From Pseudomonas aeruginosa (GTDB lineage Bacteria > Pseudomonadota > Gammaproteobacteria > Pseudomonadales > Pseudomonadaceae): a DNA stretch of 32,000 bases. Location: NCBI RefSeq assembly GCF_001457615.1, contig NZ_LN831024.1:4320001-4352000 (forward strand), written 5' to 3'. The position numbers and the translations under genes were made by a program. Of this stretch, positions 1 to 9,650 are shown in pieces (positions within the stretch are counted from its first letter, which is position 1; the number at the start of each line of letters is the position of its first letter). Under the pieces are notes generated by a model. It did not search any database. It saw only the letters and a program-made list of their open reading frames with translations, and was not told the origin of the DNA.

Positions 1-2
1 AG

Positions 3-89
3 TCCAGCCTCGCCTTCCTGCGCAAGACGCCCTGGGCCCGGGAAAAGGTCGAGGCGCTCTACGTCCAGCTCAAGCGCAACCAAGGCTGA
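3..89 (+). CDS. C-terminal fragment of a small VF530/DUF2132-like protein, truncated by the window start
   Basis: Open frame from the window edge to TGA at 87-89, encoding SLAFLRKTPWAREKVEALYVQLKRNQG. The FLRKTPWAR..VE.LY tail is recognised as typical of the VF530 family. Confidence 0.7.
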   Translation, partial: SSLAFLRKTPWAREKVEALYVQLKRNQG

Positions 90-92
90 AGG

Positions 93-1241
93 CTAGCGCG
101 CCAACCCCAGGCGCAGCAATTGCCCGTCCTTCTGGTCGGTGAGCAGGTAGAGATAGCCGTCCGGGCCCTGCCGCACGTCGCGGATGCGCACCCCGAGATC
201 GCCCAGCAGGCGCTCTTCGTGGACGATCCGGTCGCCATCCAGTTGCAGGCGGATCAGTTCCTGCGTCGCCAGCGCGCCGATGAACAAATTATGCTGCCAG
301 GCCGGGAAGCGCTGCGCATCGTAGAACGCCATGCCGCTGATCGCCGGCGACTTCTCCCAGACATGGTGCGGCGCCTCGGTACCTTCGACGGCCTTGCCCC
401 TGGCTTCGGGGATCGGCAGCAGGGTGTAGTTGATTCCATGGGTCGCCAGCGGCCAGCCGTAGTTCCCGCCGGCCTGGGGTATGTTGATCTCGTCGCCGCC
501 GCGCGGGCCGTGCTCGTGGGTCCAGAGCCGGCCGGTCCAGGGATTCAGCGCGGCGCCCTGCTGGTTGCGGTGGCCATAGCTCCAGATCTCCGGCCGCGCG
601 TCGGCACGGCCGACGAAGGGATTGTCCTTGGGAACGCCGCCGTCCGGATACAGGCGGACGATCTTGCCCTGCAACTTGTCCAGGTCCTGCGAGGTGCTGC
701 GCTGATTGTTCTCGCCGAGGGCGATGAACAGGTGGCCCTTGCCGTCGAAGACCAGGCGCGAGCCGAAGTGATGGCCGCTGGAAAGCTTCGGCAACTGCCG
801 GAAGATCACGTGGAAGCCCTCCAGCCGTCGCTTGTCCGCCGATAACCGGCCACGTCCCGCCGCCGTTCCGGCGCGGCCGTCCTCGCCGGCCTCGGCATAG
901 GTCAGGTAGACCAGCCGGTCCTCGGCGAACCCCGGCGACAAGGCGACGTCGAGCAGTCCCCCCTGGCCGCTGGCGAAGACCCTGGGTACGCCTTCCAGCG
1001 GCGCCGACAACTGTCCCTCGGGACTGACGAAACGCAAGCTGCCGGGCCGCTCGGTGACCAATATGCCCTGGTTGTCCGGCAGGAAGGCGACGGCCCAGGG
1101 ATAGGCCAGACCGCCAACCACCGGGGTGACCTCGACGGCGCCCAGCTCGCTGTCGTGGCGACCGGCGTCCACCGCCTCGACCGACGGAGCGAGCAGCGCG
1201 ACGGCGCTCAGCAGGATGGCATTCAAAGACAGGCCCGGCAT
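93..1241 (-). CDS. Periplasmic PQQ-dependent sugar (glucose/sorbosone-like) dehydrogenase, beta-propeller
   Basis: 382-aa protein from MPGLSLNAILLSAVALL (signal peptide). Motifs include YPWAVAFLPD, ERPGSLR, SSGHHFGSRLVFDGKGHLFIALG, EIWSYGHRNQQGAALNP and LWTHEHGPRGGDEIN. It is the in-frame C-terminal portion of the 93..2552 ORF. Confidence 0.88.
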   Translation of the reverse strand: MPGLSLNAILLSAVALLAPSVEAVDAGRHDSELGAVEVTPVVGGLAYPWAVAFLPDNQGILVTERPGSLRFVSPEGQLSAPLEGVPRVFASGQGGLLDVALSPGFAEDRLVYLTYAEAGEDGRAGTAAGRGRLSADKRRLEGFHVIFRQLPKLSSGHHFGSRLVFDGKGHLFIALGENNQRSTSQDLDKLQGKIVRLYPDGGVPKDNPFVGRADARPEIWSYGHRNQQGAALNPWTGRLWTHEHGPRGGDEINIPQAGGNYGWPLATHGINYTLLPIPEARGKAVEGTEAPHHVWEKSPAISGMAFYDAQRFPAWQHNLFIGALATQELIRLQLDGDRIVHEERLLGDLGVRIRDVRQGPDGYLYLLTDQKDGQLLRLGLAR

Positions 1242-1333
1242 GCGTTCTCTCCTTCCCCAAGCGAAAAACACCACTCTAGTCGCAGATCCGCCGCGCCTGG
1301 CGGTCCGCACACGGGCTGTAACAAACCCGCCCC

Positions 1334-1957
1334 TCAAAGCAAGGCGACCATTTCCTTGAGAGTCACCGCCCAGGTGCCCTTGGCATTGATATAGCGATAG
1401 CCGAACCGGGAACCATGCGCCTCGCTGGTGATCACCGCGTTCCAGGCCTGCCCGCGCGGCAGGTCGTGGGCCGGGTCGAGGAGCAGGAAGGCGCGCTCGC
1501 TCATGCCGATGGCCAGGCCCCAGTGGCGGATATCGCTGCCCTTGCGGCCGTGGAAACCGAGCACTACCGGAAAGCCGGCCTCCAGGTATTCGCGGGTGTG
1601 CCGGACCAACCTGCGCCCCTCGCCCTTGAGGGCGAAATGCTCGGTATCGTTGATCTCGGCCAGCAGCTCCAGCAGGTCGACGCCGGTGGTGCCGACGCGC
1701 AGCAGCGGGCCGTGCTGGTCCAGCGCCTTCATCAGGCGCCCGTAGCGACTGCGACTGTCGACCCGCTCCAGGCCCTTGGCCTGGCGCCGGCGCAGTTGGC
1801 CGCGGACCAGCATCGCCATGACCAGGCAGTAGGGCCCGCAGGCGCCGTCCATGTCGCCCTGGCGCAGATGGACCTTGTCGCCATGGACGTTGCACAGGCC
1901 GCCGCTGCCATCCTCGTCCAGGTCCCATTCCAGGCCATCGATCAGGCGTGACTGCAT
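1334..1957 (-). CDS. Conserved hypothetical protein with C39-like/papain-like peptidase features
   Basis: 207-aa ORF with a Cys motif (GDMDGACGPYCLVMAMLVRG) and a downstream His/Asp region (VVLGFHGRKGSDIRHWGLAIG...LLLDPAHD). Confidence 0.6.
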   Translation of the reverse strand: MQSRLIDGLEWDLDEDGSGGLCNVHGDKVHLRQGDMDGACGPYCLVMAMLVRGQLRRRQAKGLERVDSRSRYGRLMKALDQHGPLLRVGTTGVDLLELLAEINDTEHFALKGEGRRLVRHTREYLEAGFPVVLGFHGRKGSDIRHWGLAIGMSERAFLLLDPAHDLPRGQAWNAVITSEAHGSRFGYRYINAKGTWAVTLKEMVALL

Positions 1958-2069
1958 GAGGGTCTCCTCTCCGGTTCCTTAAGTTGGGACCGAGCGGGCG
2001 CCGAATCATTCCTCGGCGCCCATCGCCACAACGAGTAAACTGGCGGTCTTTCATTCCAGTAGCCTCGCC

Positions 2070-2780
2070 ATGACCGACCCGATCCGCCTGTCCAAACGCC
2101 TCGCCGAACTCACCGCCTGCTCGCGCCGCGAAGCCGAGCTGTACATCGAGGGCGGCTGGGTCAGCGTCGACGGCGAAGTGATCGAGGAGCCACAGTTCAA
2201 GGTGCTCGACCAGCGCGTGGAGCTGCTGCCGGGCGCCCGCGCGGAAACGATTGAACCGGCCACCCTGCTGTTGCACAAGCCGGCCGGCTGGCGCCACGAC
2301 GATTTCGAAGGCCTGCTCGCTGCGGGGCGGCGCTGGAGCGATGACCCCAGTCCCTTGCGAGCGCTGAAAAAACACTTCGCCCGCCAGCGTCCCACCCTTG
2401 CGCTGGACAGCGAGGCTTCGGGGCTGGTGGTGTTCAGCCAGCAGCACGGCGTACTGCGCAAGCTGGTGGACGACGGTGCACGGCTGGAGCAGGAATACCT
2501 GGTCGAGGTCGCCGGCGACCTGGCCGCCGGCGGCCTCGAGCGCCTGCGCCACGGCCTCGCCTACCAGGGCCGCAGGCTATCGCCGTGCAAGGTCAGTTGG
2601 CAGAACGAAAGCCACCTGCGCTTCGCCCTCAAAGACGTGCTGCCCGGCCAGTTGCGCTTCATGTGCGAAAGCGAGGGGCTGGAAGTGCGGAGCATCCGCC
2701 GCCTGCGCATCGGCGCGCTGTCGCTGGCCAGGCTACCGCTCGGCGAATGGCGCTACCTCGGCCTCCACGAACGCTTCTGA
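2070..2780 (+). CDS. RsuA/RluB/E/F-family pseudouridine synthase
   Basis: 236 aa with an N-terminal S4-like domain (RLSKRLAELTACSRREAELYIEGGWVSVDG), LLLHKPAG, and a catalytic-Asp region ALDSEASGLVVFSQ. Confidence 0.88.
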   Translation: MTDPIRLSKRLAELTACSRREAELYIEGGWVSVDGEVIEEPQFKVLDQRVELLPGARAETIEPATLLLHKPAGWRHDDFEGLLAAGRRWSDDPSPLRALKKHFARQRPTLALDSEASGLVVFSQQHGVLRKLVDDGARLEQEYLVEVAGDLAAGGLERLRHGLAYQGRRLSPCKVSWQNESHLRFALKDVLPGQLRFMCESEGLEVRSIRRLRIGALSLARLPLGEWRYLGLHERF

Positions 2781-2784
2781 GCGC

Positions 2785-3564
2785 TCATTCGAGGCCACGC
2801 AGGGCGCGCCCCGGCGACTGCCCGCAGACCCGCCGGTACATGGCGATGAACGCGCTGTCGCTGGCGTAGCCCAGGGCGTGGGCGACCTCGGTCACCGAGC
2901 GGCCTTCGGCCAGGCGCCTCCGCGCTTCGAACAAGCGCGCCTGGGTTCGCCAGCGGGAGAAACCCAGGCCGGTCTGCTCGGTGAACAGACGCGCCAGGGT
3001 CCGCCCGCTGGCGCCGACCTCACGTCCCCACGCCTCGATGCTCCAGTCCAGCGCGGGTTGCGCCAGCAGCGCCTCGGCCACCTTCAGCGCCCGCGCATCG
3101 CGCGGCATCGGCAGGCTCGCGGCGTGTGCCGGCGCGCTCGCCAGTTCATCGAACAGTGCGCGCAACAGCGTCAGGTGCGGCCCTTCCAATTGCAAGTCGG
3201 CTGCCCAGCCGGTCATGCGCAGGATCAGTTCGCGCATTAGCGGCCCGACTTCGAGGACCTGGACGCTGTCCGGCAGCTCGGCGAACGCCGAGGGTTCGAA
3301 GTACAGGCTACGGTAGGCGAAGCGCCCGTGCAGGACCGTGCGATGCGGCACGCCGGCCGGCAGCCAGGCGGCCTGGAGCGGCGTCAATTGGCAAATGCGC
3401 TCGGCGAAATACAGCGTGACGCTACCGGCCGCCATGTACAGCAACTGCGCGCGCCGGTGGCAATGCCAGTCGCTGCGGTGGCCGGTGCTGTCGACCTCGA
3501 GGCCGACCACCGGGCAGCGGGCGAGATCGGGATCCTCGACCCGTTCGTAGGGATAGCGCGGCAC
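2785..3564 (-). CDS. AraC-family transcriptional regulator with cupin-type sensor domain
   Basis: 259 aa. C-terminal AraC HTH: GREVGASGRTLARLFTEQTGLGFSRWRTQARLFEARRRLAEGRSVTEVAHALGYASDSAFIAMYRRVCGQSPGRA. Confidence 0.92.
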   Translation of the reverse strand: MPRYPYERVEDPDLARCPVVGLEVDSTGHRSDWHCHRRAQLLYMAAGSVTLYFAERICQLTPLQAAWLPAGVPHRTVLHGRFAYRSLYFEPSAFAELPDSVQVLEVGPLMRELILRMTGWAADLQLEGPHLTLLRALFDELASAPAHAASLPMPRDARALKVAEALLAQPALDWSIEAWGREVGASGRTLARLFTEQTGLGFSRWRTQARLFEARRRLAEGRSVTEVAHALGYASDSAFIAMYRRVCGQSPGRALRGLE

Positions 3565-3653
3565 CTTGTCCTCTTCGCGATGTTTTCCGTCCTGACCGCA
3601 GCATTCTGCCAGGCGCAGGCGGCCTAGGCTTGGCTCTTTTTTCCGGAGCCATC

Positions 3654-4811
3654 ATGCCTGACCGTCCTCGCCCTCCCCTGCTGCTGGTGCTCGCCCTGCT
3701 AGCCCTGCCGCAAGTCGCCGAAACCATCCTTTCCCCCGCGCTGCCGGCCCTGGCCAGCCACTGGCGACTGGACGACGCTACCAGCCAGTGGACCATGGCG
3801 CTGTTCTTCGTCGGTTTCGCCCCCGGCATCTGGCTCTGGGGCTGGCTGGCCGACCGCCTCGGCCGGCGCCCGGCTCTGCTCGGCGGGCTCGGCCTGGCGG
3901 CCCTGGCGACCTTCGGTGCCTGGGCCAGTACCGACTATTCCTACCTGCTTGCCTGTCGCCTGGTCCAGGGCCTCGGCCTGGCGACCTGCTCGGTGACGGT
4001 GCAGGCCAGCCTGCGCGATGTGCTGCAAGGCCCGGCGTTGATGAGCTATTTCGTCACGCTCGGCGCGGTGCTGGCCTGGTCGCCGGCAGTCGGCCCCCTC
4101 GGCGGCCAGTGGCTGGCCGACCTCGGCGGGCACCCGGCGGTGTTCGCCACCCTGGCGGTGCTGCTCGCCTCGCTGGCGGCGCTGGTCGTCCCGGCCTGGC
4201 CGGAAACCCGTCCGCTGCTGGCGGGCACGCCCGAGCCCGCGACCCTGGCGATCTTCCGACGGGTCCTGGCCGACCGCCCGCTACAAACGCGCGCACTGCT
4301 GGTGGCGGTGCTCAATGTGCTGGTGTTCTCCTTCTACGCCGCCGGGCCGTTCATGGTCGGCGACCTGCCCGGCCTGGGCTTCGGCTGGATTGGCCTGGCC
4401 ATCGCCCTTGCCGGGAGCCTCGGCGCCTTGCTCAACCGACGCCTGCCGCGCACCTGGAACAGCGCTCGCCGGGTACGCCTGGGCCTAGCGCTGGCGGCCG
4501 CCGGCGCGACAGCGCAGACGCTGTTGGCCGCCGTCGGATACGCCGAAGGCCTGTACTGGGCGCTGCCAGCCCTGCCGATCTTCATCGGCTTCGGCGTGGC
4601 GATTCCCAACCTGCTGGGTCCGGCGCTGCACGCCTACGACGATTGCCGGGGACGCGCCGGAGCCCTGTTCGGGCTCGCCTACTACCTGCTGATCGGCCTC
4701 GGACTGGGCGCGTCCACCCTGCTACCGTTCGACCGTCCCTGGCCGCTGGCCGCGTACTGGAGCCTGCTGGGCCTGGTCGCACTGCTGCTGGCCAGGCGGC
4801 TGCCGGAATGA
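3654..4811 (+). CDS. MFS transporter, Bcr/CflA-like drug resistance family
   Basis: Hydrophobic, multi-TM protein. MFS loop motif GWLADRLGRRPALLGG and LVQGLGLATCSVTVQASLRDV. Start chosen at MPDRPRP (codon 9 of the 3630 ORF). Confidence 0.85.
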   Translation: MPDRPRPPLLLVLALLALPQVAETILSPALPALASHWRLDDATSQWTMALFFVGFAPGIWLWGWLADRLGRRPALLGGLGLAALATFGAWASTDYSYLLACRLVQGLGLATCSVTVQASLRDVLQGPALMSYFVTLGAVLAWSPAVGPLGGQWLADLGGHPAVFATLAVLLASLAALVVPAWPETRPLLAGTPEPATLAIFRRVLADRPLQTRALLVAVLNVLVFSFYAAGPFMVGDLPGLGFGWIGLAIALAGSLGALLNRRLPRTWNSARRVRLGLALAAAGATAQTLLAAVGYAEGLYWALPALPIFIGFGVAIPNLLGPALHAYDDCRGRAGALFGLAYYLLIGLGLGASTLLPFDRPWPLAAYWSLLGLVALLLARRLPE

Positions 4812-4927
4812 AAGCGGCGCCAGGTACGCCCGTGCAAACCGGACGACCGGCCCGGAAAGCCGGATAGGGCGGCCGTCGCGACGCTGCTATGCTGTGATGG
4901 CACAGCGCCCATGCGGACCCGCAGAAC

Positions 4928-6124
4928 GTGGCCAGAACGACGCTCGAATCGATCCAGCACGCCATCGAGGTGAATTCGTCCCTGGCCCTTCCCATCGCCC
5001 TGGAGAATCTCTCGCGTCTGACCCACCTCGCGCTGCTGACCGTCCCCTTCAACCTGATCCACATCCTGGTGTTTTCCCTCAAGGACTTCCGCCCGGACCT
5101 CGGCCATCAGCTCTGGCGCCAGGAAATCATGTACGCCCATGGCGCCATGGCCCTGCTCTTCGGCGGCATCGGCCTGCTCGCGCTATGGCTGCGCCGCCAG
5201 CCGCCCAAGCTGTGGCGCATGCGCCTGCTGATCCTGCTGGGCGGCGCAGGGATCATAGGCTTCGGCGTCGCCATCGCCTGCATCGACCAGCGCATCACCA
5301 GCAACATCACGCCGCTGCTGCTGGCCTGTTTCGCCTGCGCCATGTTCATCCTGATCCGCCCGGCCTACGCGGTGCCCTTCTACGGTCTGGCGATGCTGGC
5401 CTTCGAGGTGGCGATGGACCACGCCCAGGCCGACCCGCAACTGCGCCTGTCGAACCAGGCCAACGGCCTCACCGCGTTCGGCCTCGGCCTGCTGCTGTCG
5501 CTGATCCTCTGGCACGGCCACGTGCGCAACCTGCGCCAGCAACGCAAGCTGGAGTTGCAGCGGCAGGAGCTGGAGGAGAAGAATCGCCAGTTGGAGTACC
5601 TGGCCGGTCACGACCCGCTGACCGGCCTGTTCAATCGTCGCGAATTCGACCAGCTGGTGCTCATGGAACTCGCACGCATCGCTCGCCAACCGCAGCCGCT
5701 GAGCCTGCTGATGGTCGACCTGGATCACTTCAAGTACATCAACGACCGCTATGGGCACCCCTTCGGCGACGAGGTCATCCGCCATGCCGCCAACCTGCTG
5801 CGCGGCAATACCCGTAGCAGCGACAGCGTGGCGCGCCTGGGCGGGGAAGAATTCCTCCTGCTCCTGCCCGACACCGCCGAGCAGCAGGCTCGCAGCCTTG
5901 CGGAAAAACTCCGCGAACGCCTCGAAGGTACCCCGCTGGCGACGCAGGACGGCGTGCTCTGCCTGACCGCCAGCTTCGGCGTGGCCAGCCTCGACGGAGG
6001 CGGCCAGGCCAGCTACGAGCAGCTCTACAGCGCCGCCGACCAGGCTCTCTACCGGGCCAAGAGCAGCGGTCGCAACCGGGTGGAAGTGATTCGCCTGGCC
6101 AGCCTCGCGGAAAGCCTGCGGTAA
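4928..6124 (+). CDS. roeA: Membrane-anchored GGDEF diguanylate cyclase (RoeA-type)
   Basis: 398 aa. N-terminal multi-TM region and GGDEF domain (HDPLTGLFNRREFD, DLDHFKYINDRYGHPFGDEV, ARLGGEEFLLLLP). Position next to the fliJ end of the flagellar cluster matches PAO1 roeA. Confidence 0.85.
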   Translation: MARTTLESIQHAIEVNSSLALPIALENLSRLTHLALLTVPFNLIHILVFSLKDFRPDLGHQLWRQEIMYAHGAMALLFGGIGLLALWLRRQPPKLWRMRLLILLGGAGIIGFGVAIACIDQRITSNITPLLLACFACAMFILIRPAYAVPFYGLAMLAFEVAMDHAQADPQLRLSNQANGLTAFGLGLLLSLILWHGHVRNLRQQRKLELQRQELEEKNRQLEYLAGHDPLTGLFNRREFDQLVLMELARIARQPQPLSLLMVDLDHFKYINDRYGHPFGDEVIRHAANLLRGNTRSSDSVARLGGEEFLLLLPDTAEQQARSLAEKLRERLEGTPLATQDGVLCLTASFGVASLDGGGQASYEQLYSAADQALYRAKSSGRNRVEVIRLASLAESLR

Positions 6125-6322
6125 CAATTGATCGGCCGGCCCTGACGAGCGGTCGGTCAGCCGCCCGAACCTTGGTTAAGATGGTCCGTGGCGCTCTAGC
6201 TCGCCGCTCTTCCTGCCCTTCCGACCTGCCCGACCTCGCCCGGCCCCATGCCGCGGCCTTGCCGTTGGCGTCGTGCGGGAAGACCGGCGCAGCGCCGTTG
6301 TCCGCATTACCAGGGGAGAACC

Positions 6323-7036
6323 ATGCTCAAGCACCTGCTCGTGCTCACCTGTGCCCTGCTCGCCAGCTCCTCGGCCCTGGCCCAGGTGATGGCCCGCGAC
6401 CTGGGCGATTTCGAACTCAAGCTGGCCACCAGTCCGACCCGCAGCATGGCCCAGGGCCTGGTCACCCCGGGCAGCTCCGGCAGTTTCCACGGCGGCCTCG
6501 ACCTAAGCCACGAAAGTGGCTGGTACATCGGCAACTGGACCTCCAACCTCGACCCCGGCAAGCCCACCGAGATCGACTCCTACGCCGGCTTCAAGCGCCC
6601 GCTGAACAACCGCCTGGGCTACGAAATGGGCCTGATCCGCTACAGCCGCCCGGAGCAGCCGGCCAACGACGCAGCCGAACTCTACGGCGGCCTGTCGATC
6701 TTCGGCAGCCGGCTCGGCGCGGCCCTGAGCAGCGACCCGGGGCGCAACGACACCACCCTGTTCGCCGACCTCGGGGTCAACCCGCCGTTCGGTTTCGACG
6801 TCACCCTGAAGTACGGCAACCATCGCCTGGACAACCCGGCGAGCCTCAGCGGCGGGGGCTACGTGAGCGTCTTCAACGACTGGTCGGTGAACCTCTCGCG
6901 GCCCTGGCTGGGCATCGACCTGAACCTGTCCTACAGCGGCACCAGCCTGACCGGCAGCGATTGCAGCGCCTACTCGGGACACAACAGCTACTGCGACACC
7001 ACGTTCATGCTGAAGGCGTCGCGTCCGTTCTTCTGA
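6323..7036 (+). CDS. TorF-family (TIGR02001-like) putative porin/outer-membrane protein
   Basis: 237 aa from MLKHLLVLTCALLASSSALAQ (signal peptide). Beta-rich, contains SHESGWYIGNWTSNL...EIDSYAGFKRPL. The ORF-track start at 6248 is too early. Confidence 0.75.
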   Translation: MLKHLLVLTCALLASSSALAQVMARDLGDFELKLATSPTRSMAQGLVTPGSSGSFHGGLDLSHESGWYIGNWTSNLDPGKPTEIDSYAGFKRPLNNRLGYEMGLIRYSRPEQPANDAAELYGGLSIFGSRLGAALSSDPGRNDTTLFADLGVNPPFGFDVTLKYGNHRLDNPASLSGGGYVSVFNDWSVNLSRPWLGIDLNLSYSGTSLTGSDCSAYSGHNSYCDTTFMLKASRPFF

Positions 7037-7040
7037 GTCG

Positions 7041-7484
7041 TCAGTCGTCCTGGCGGCGGGTACGCTGGGCGAGTTCGTCGAGCTGTTTCTGCTCGCGCTT
7101 GTCCTCGGCCTGGCGCGCCTCTTCCAGGTAGCGCTCGACCAGCTTGCGCAGCCCTTCCAGGCGGGCGTATCTCTCCCGCCAGTTGAGCCGCGCCTTGTCC
7201 ACCGCCTCGCGGTGCCAGGTCACGCTGTTGGCCTGCTGGGCGACGGCGGTCTCCAGTTGCGAGAGGAAGCGCTGGTAGTTCATCAGCCACTGGCCACTGA
7301 CGCCCTTCTGGCCCTGGCTGATCCATTGCTGCTGGTAGTCGTTGCGGTAGCGTTCCAGCTCCGCCAGCTTCTGCTGTGCCGCGAGCAATTGCTGCTGGCA
7401 CCTGCCCAGCTGGGTCGCGGCATCCCGCTCGGCCTTGCTGGCCATGTCCACCACCGGCGCCAGCCGCGCCGCGCGCTTCTCCAT
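7041..7484 (-). CDS. fliJ: Flagellar export chaperone FliJ
   Basis: 147-aa coiled-coil protein immediately downstream of fliI in the same orientation. Confidence 0.9.
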   Translation of the reverse strand: MEKRAARLAPVVDMASKAERDAATQLGRCQQQLLAAQQKLAELERYRNDYQQQWISQGQKGVSGQWLMNYQRFLSQLETAVAQQANSVTWHREAVDKARLNWRERYARLEGLRKLVERYLEEARQAEDKREQKQLDELAQRTRRQDD

Positions 7485-7497
7485 GCCTCAGGGCGCC

Positions 7498-8853
7498 TCA
7501 GGCCTGCCCGCCGGCGAGCAGGCTCGCCAGCCGCGCACGGCTTTCCGCCAGGCTTTCGCTTTCGTCGAGGCCCTGGCGCAGGAACTGGCGCATGACCGGG
7601 AAGCGCGCGATGGCCAGGTCGGTCTCGGGATCGCCGCCGGCCACGTAGGCACCGACGCTGATCAGGTCGCGACTCTGCTGGTAGCGCGACCAGAGCTGCT
7701 TGAAGCGCTGGGCGTCGCGCAGGTGCTCGGCCTCGACCACCTGCGGCATCACCCGGCTGATCGAAGCTTCGATATCGATGGCCGGATAGTGGCCTTCCTC
7801 GGCCAGCCGCCGGGACAATACGAAGTGCCCGTCGAGCACGCCGCGAGCGGCGTCGGCGATCGGGTCCTGCTGGTCGTCGCCCTCGGAGAGCACGGTGTAG
7901 AACGCGGTGATCGAGCCGCCACCGGCTTCGGCATTGCCGGCGCGTTCCACCAGCTTCGGCAGCTTGGCGAACACCGATGGCGGATACCCCTTGGTCGCCG
8001 GCGGCTCGCCGATGGCCAGGGCGATCTCGCGCTGGGCCTGGGCGTAGCGGGTCAGCGAGTCCATCAGCAGCAATACGTTCTTGCCCTTGTCGCGGAAGTA
8101 CTCGGCGATCCGCGTGCAGTATTGCGCGGCGCGCAGGCGCATCAGCGGCGCGTCATCGGCCGGCGAGGCGACCACCACGGAGCGCTTGAGGCCTTCCTCG
8201 CCGAGGATCTCGTCGATGAACTCCTTCACCTCGCGGCCCCGCTCGCCGATCAGACCGACGACGATGATGTCGGCCCTGGTGAAGCGGGTCATCATCCCCA
8301 GCAGCACCGACTTGCCCACCCCGGTACCGGCGAACAGGCCGAGGCGCTGGCCGCGGCCGACCGTGAGCAGGCCATTGATCGAGCGGATGCCGACGTCGAG
8401 AGGTTCGCTGATCGGGTGGCGCTTGAGCGGGTTGATCGTCGGGCCGTCCATCGGCACCCAGTCTTCGGCGCGCATCCCGCCCTTGCCGTCGAGGGCGCGG
8501 CCGGCGCCGTCGAGCACCCGGCCGAGCATCGACATGCCCATCGGCAGGCGCCCGGTGTCCGGCAGCGGCACGACCCGCGCGCCAGGCGCGATGCCGGCGA
8601 GGCTGCCGACCGGCATCAGGTACACCTTGCTACCGGAAAAGCCCATCACTTCGGCCTCCACCTGCACCGGGTGGTAGCCGCTTTCGTTGATCACGTTGCA
8701 GCGGCTGCCGACCGCAGCCTGCAAGCCTTCGGCTTCGAGGGTCAGGCCGACCATGCGCAGCAGGCGGCCCTCGACCACCGGCTGCGTCGGCAGCGAGACA
8801 GCCTCGGTGTAGCCCTCCAGGCGCCTGGCGAAACTGGTTCGCTCAAGGCGCAT
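7498..8853 (-). CDS. fliI: Flagellum-specific ATPase FliI
   Basis: 451 aa. Walker [18 protein letters not shown], Walker [15 protein letters not shown], ATPase motif [16 protein letters not shown]. Confidence 0.98.
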   Translation of the reverse strand: MRLERTSFARRLEGYTEAVSLPTQPVVEGRLLRMVGLTLEAEGLQAAVGSRCNVINESGYHPVQVEAEVMGFSGSKVYLMPVGSLAGIAPGARVVPLPDTGRLPMGMSMLGRVLDGAGRALDGKGGMRAEDWVPMDGPTINPLKRHPISEPLDVGIRSINGLLTVGRGQRLGLFAGTGVGKSVLLGMMTRFTRADIIVVGLIGERGREVKEFIDEILGEEGLKRSVVVASPADDAPLMRLRAAQYCTRIAEYFRDKGKNVLLLMDSLTRYAQAQREIALAIGEPPATKGYPPSVFAKLPKLVERAGNAEAGGGSITAFYTVLSEGDDQQDPIADAARGVLDGHFVLSRRLAEEGHYPAIDIEASISRVMPQVVEAEHLRDAQRFKQLWSRYQQSRDLISVGAYVAGGDPETDLAIARFPVMRQFLRQGLDESESLAESRARLASLLAGGQA

Positions 8854-9649
8854 CGACGTCTCCGGGGGCGTCGAGGTCGATCCGGATGTCGCTGGCCAGC
8901 GGATGGGTCGCCTGTTCGCGCTGTTGCTCGAACAGTTGCTTCACTGCCTGCGCCAGGCGCGTCTCGATGGTCGCGTCGATGCGACTGTGTTCGGTCTCGA
9001 TGCGGCAGCCGCCGGGCAGCAACGAATCGTCCTCGAGAATCCGCCAGCTCTCTTCGTGGCGCTCGCGCAGCGCCTTGACCCGCTCGAAGTCCTGCGGGTT
9101 GACATGGATACGGATGTTCGCCGCGCCCATCGGCAGCAGCTTGAGAGCCTCGCGCAGGACCTGGCGGACATGGCTGGAGTCCATGTGCAGTTCGCGCTGG
9201 ATCACCTGGCGGGCAACGTGGTTGACCAGGTTGACCATGCCCTGCTCGATCAGGGCGTCCTGCTCGGCGATGGGTTCCAGAAGCTGCGTCATCAGACGCT
9301 CGAGACTTTGCAGACGCTCCTTCAGCGCCTCCTCGGCTTCCTGCCGCGCCTTCAACTGGCCGGCGTGGAAACCGTCGCGCTCGCCGGTGGCGAAGCCTTC
9401 GTTGTAAGCGTCCTGGCGGATCGCCTCGATTTCCTCCAGCGTCGGCGGCTTGACGGTCTCCAGCTCGACCTCTTCCACCGCCGGCGGCGCCGGCGCGGGT
9501 TCGGCGACCGCGGGCACCTGCGGCGCGGCAACGGCCGGCTCGTCGCGCGGCTCGTCGAAGCTCGGCAACGACCAGAGGCCGAAGGCCGCCACGTCCTTGC
9601 CGCGGATCAGTTCGCTGGGATTGTCTTTGTCCTTGTCGTGGGGGACCAC
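8843..9649 (-). CDS. fliH: Flagellar assembly protein FliH
   Basis: 268 aa between fliG and fliI, overlapping fliI by 11 nt. Contains the [14 protein letters not shown] region and a C-terminal FliH/HrpE-like domain. Confidence 0.95.
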   Translation of the reverse strand: MVPHDKDKDNPSELIRGKDVAAFGLWSLPSFDEPRDEPAVAAPQVPAVAEPAPAPPAVEEVELETVKPPTLEEIEAIRQDAYNEGFATGERDGFHAGQLKARQEAEEALKERLQSLERLMTQLLEPIAEQDALIEQGMVNLVNHVARQVIQRELHMDSSHVRQVLREALKLLPMGAANIRIHVNPQDFERVKALRERHEESWRILEDDSLLPGGCRIETEHSRIDATIETRLAQAVKQLFEQQREQATHPLASDIRIDLDAPGDVDAP

Positions 9650-9650
9650 C

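Noticed and set aside
93-2552. 819-aa minus-strand ORF
   Set aside because: Only the part after MPGLSLNAIL (from 1241) is a real protein. The N-terminal ~435 codons are antisense to or out of frame with the 1334-1957 gene and the pseudouridine synthase gene, a GC-rich artefact.
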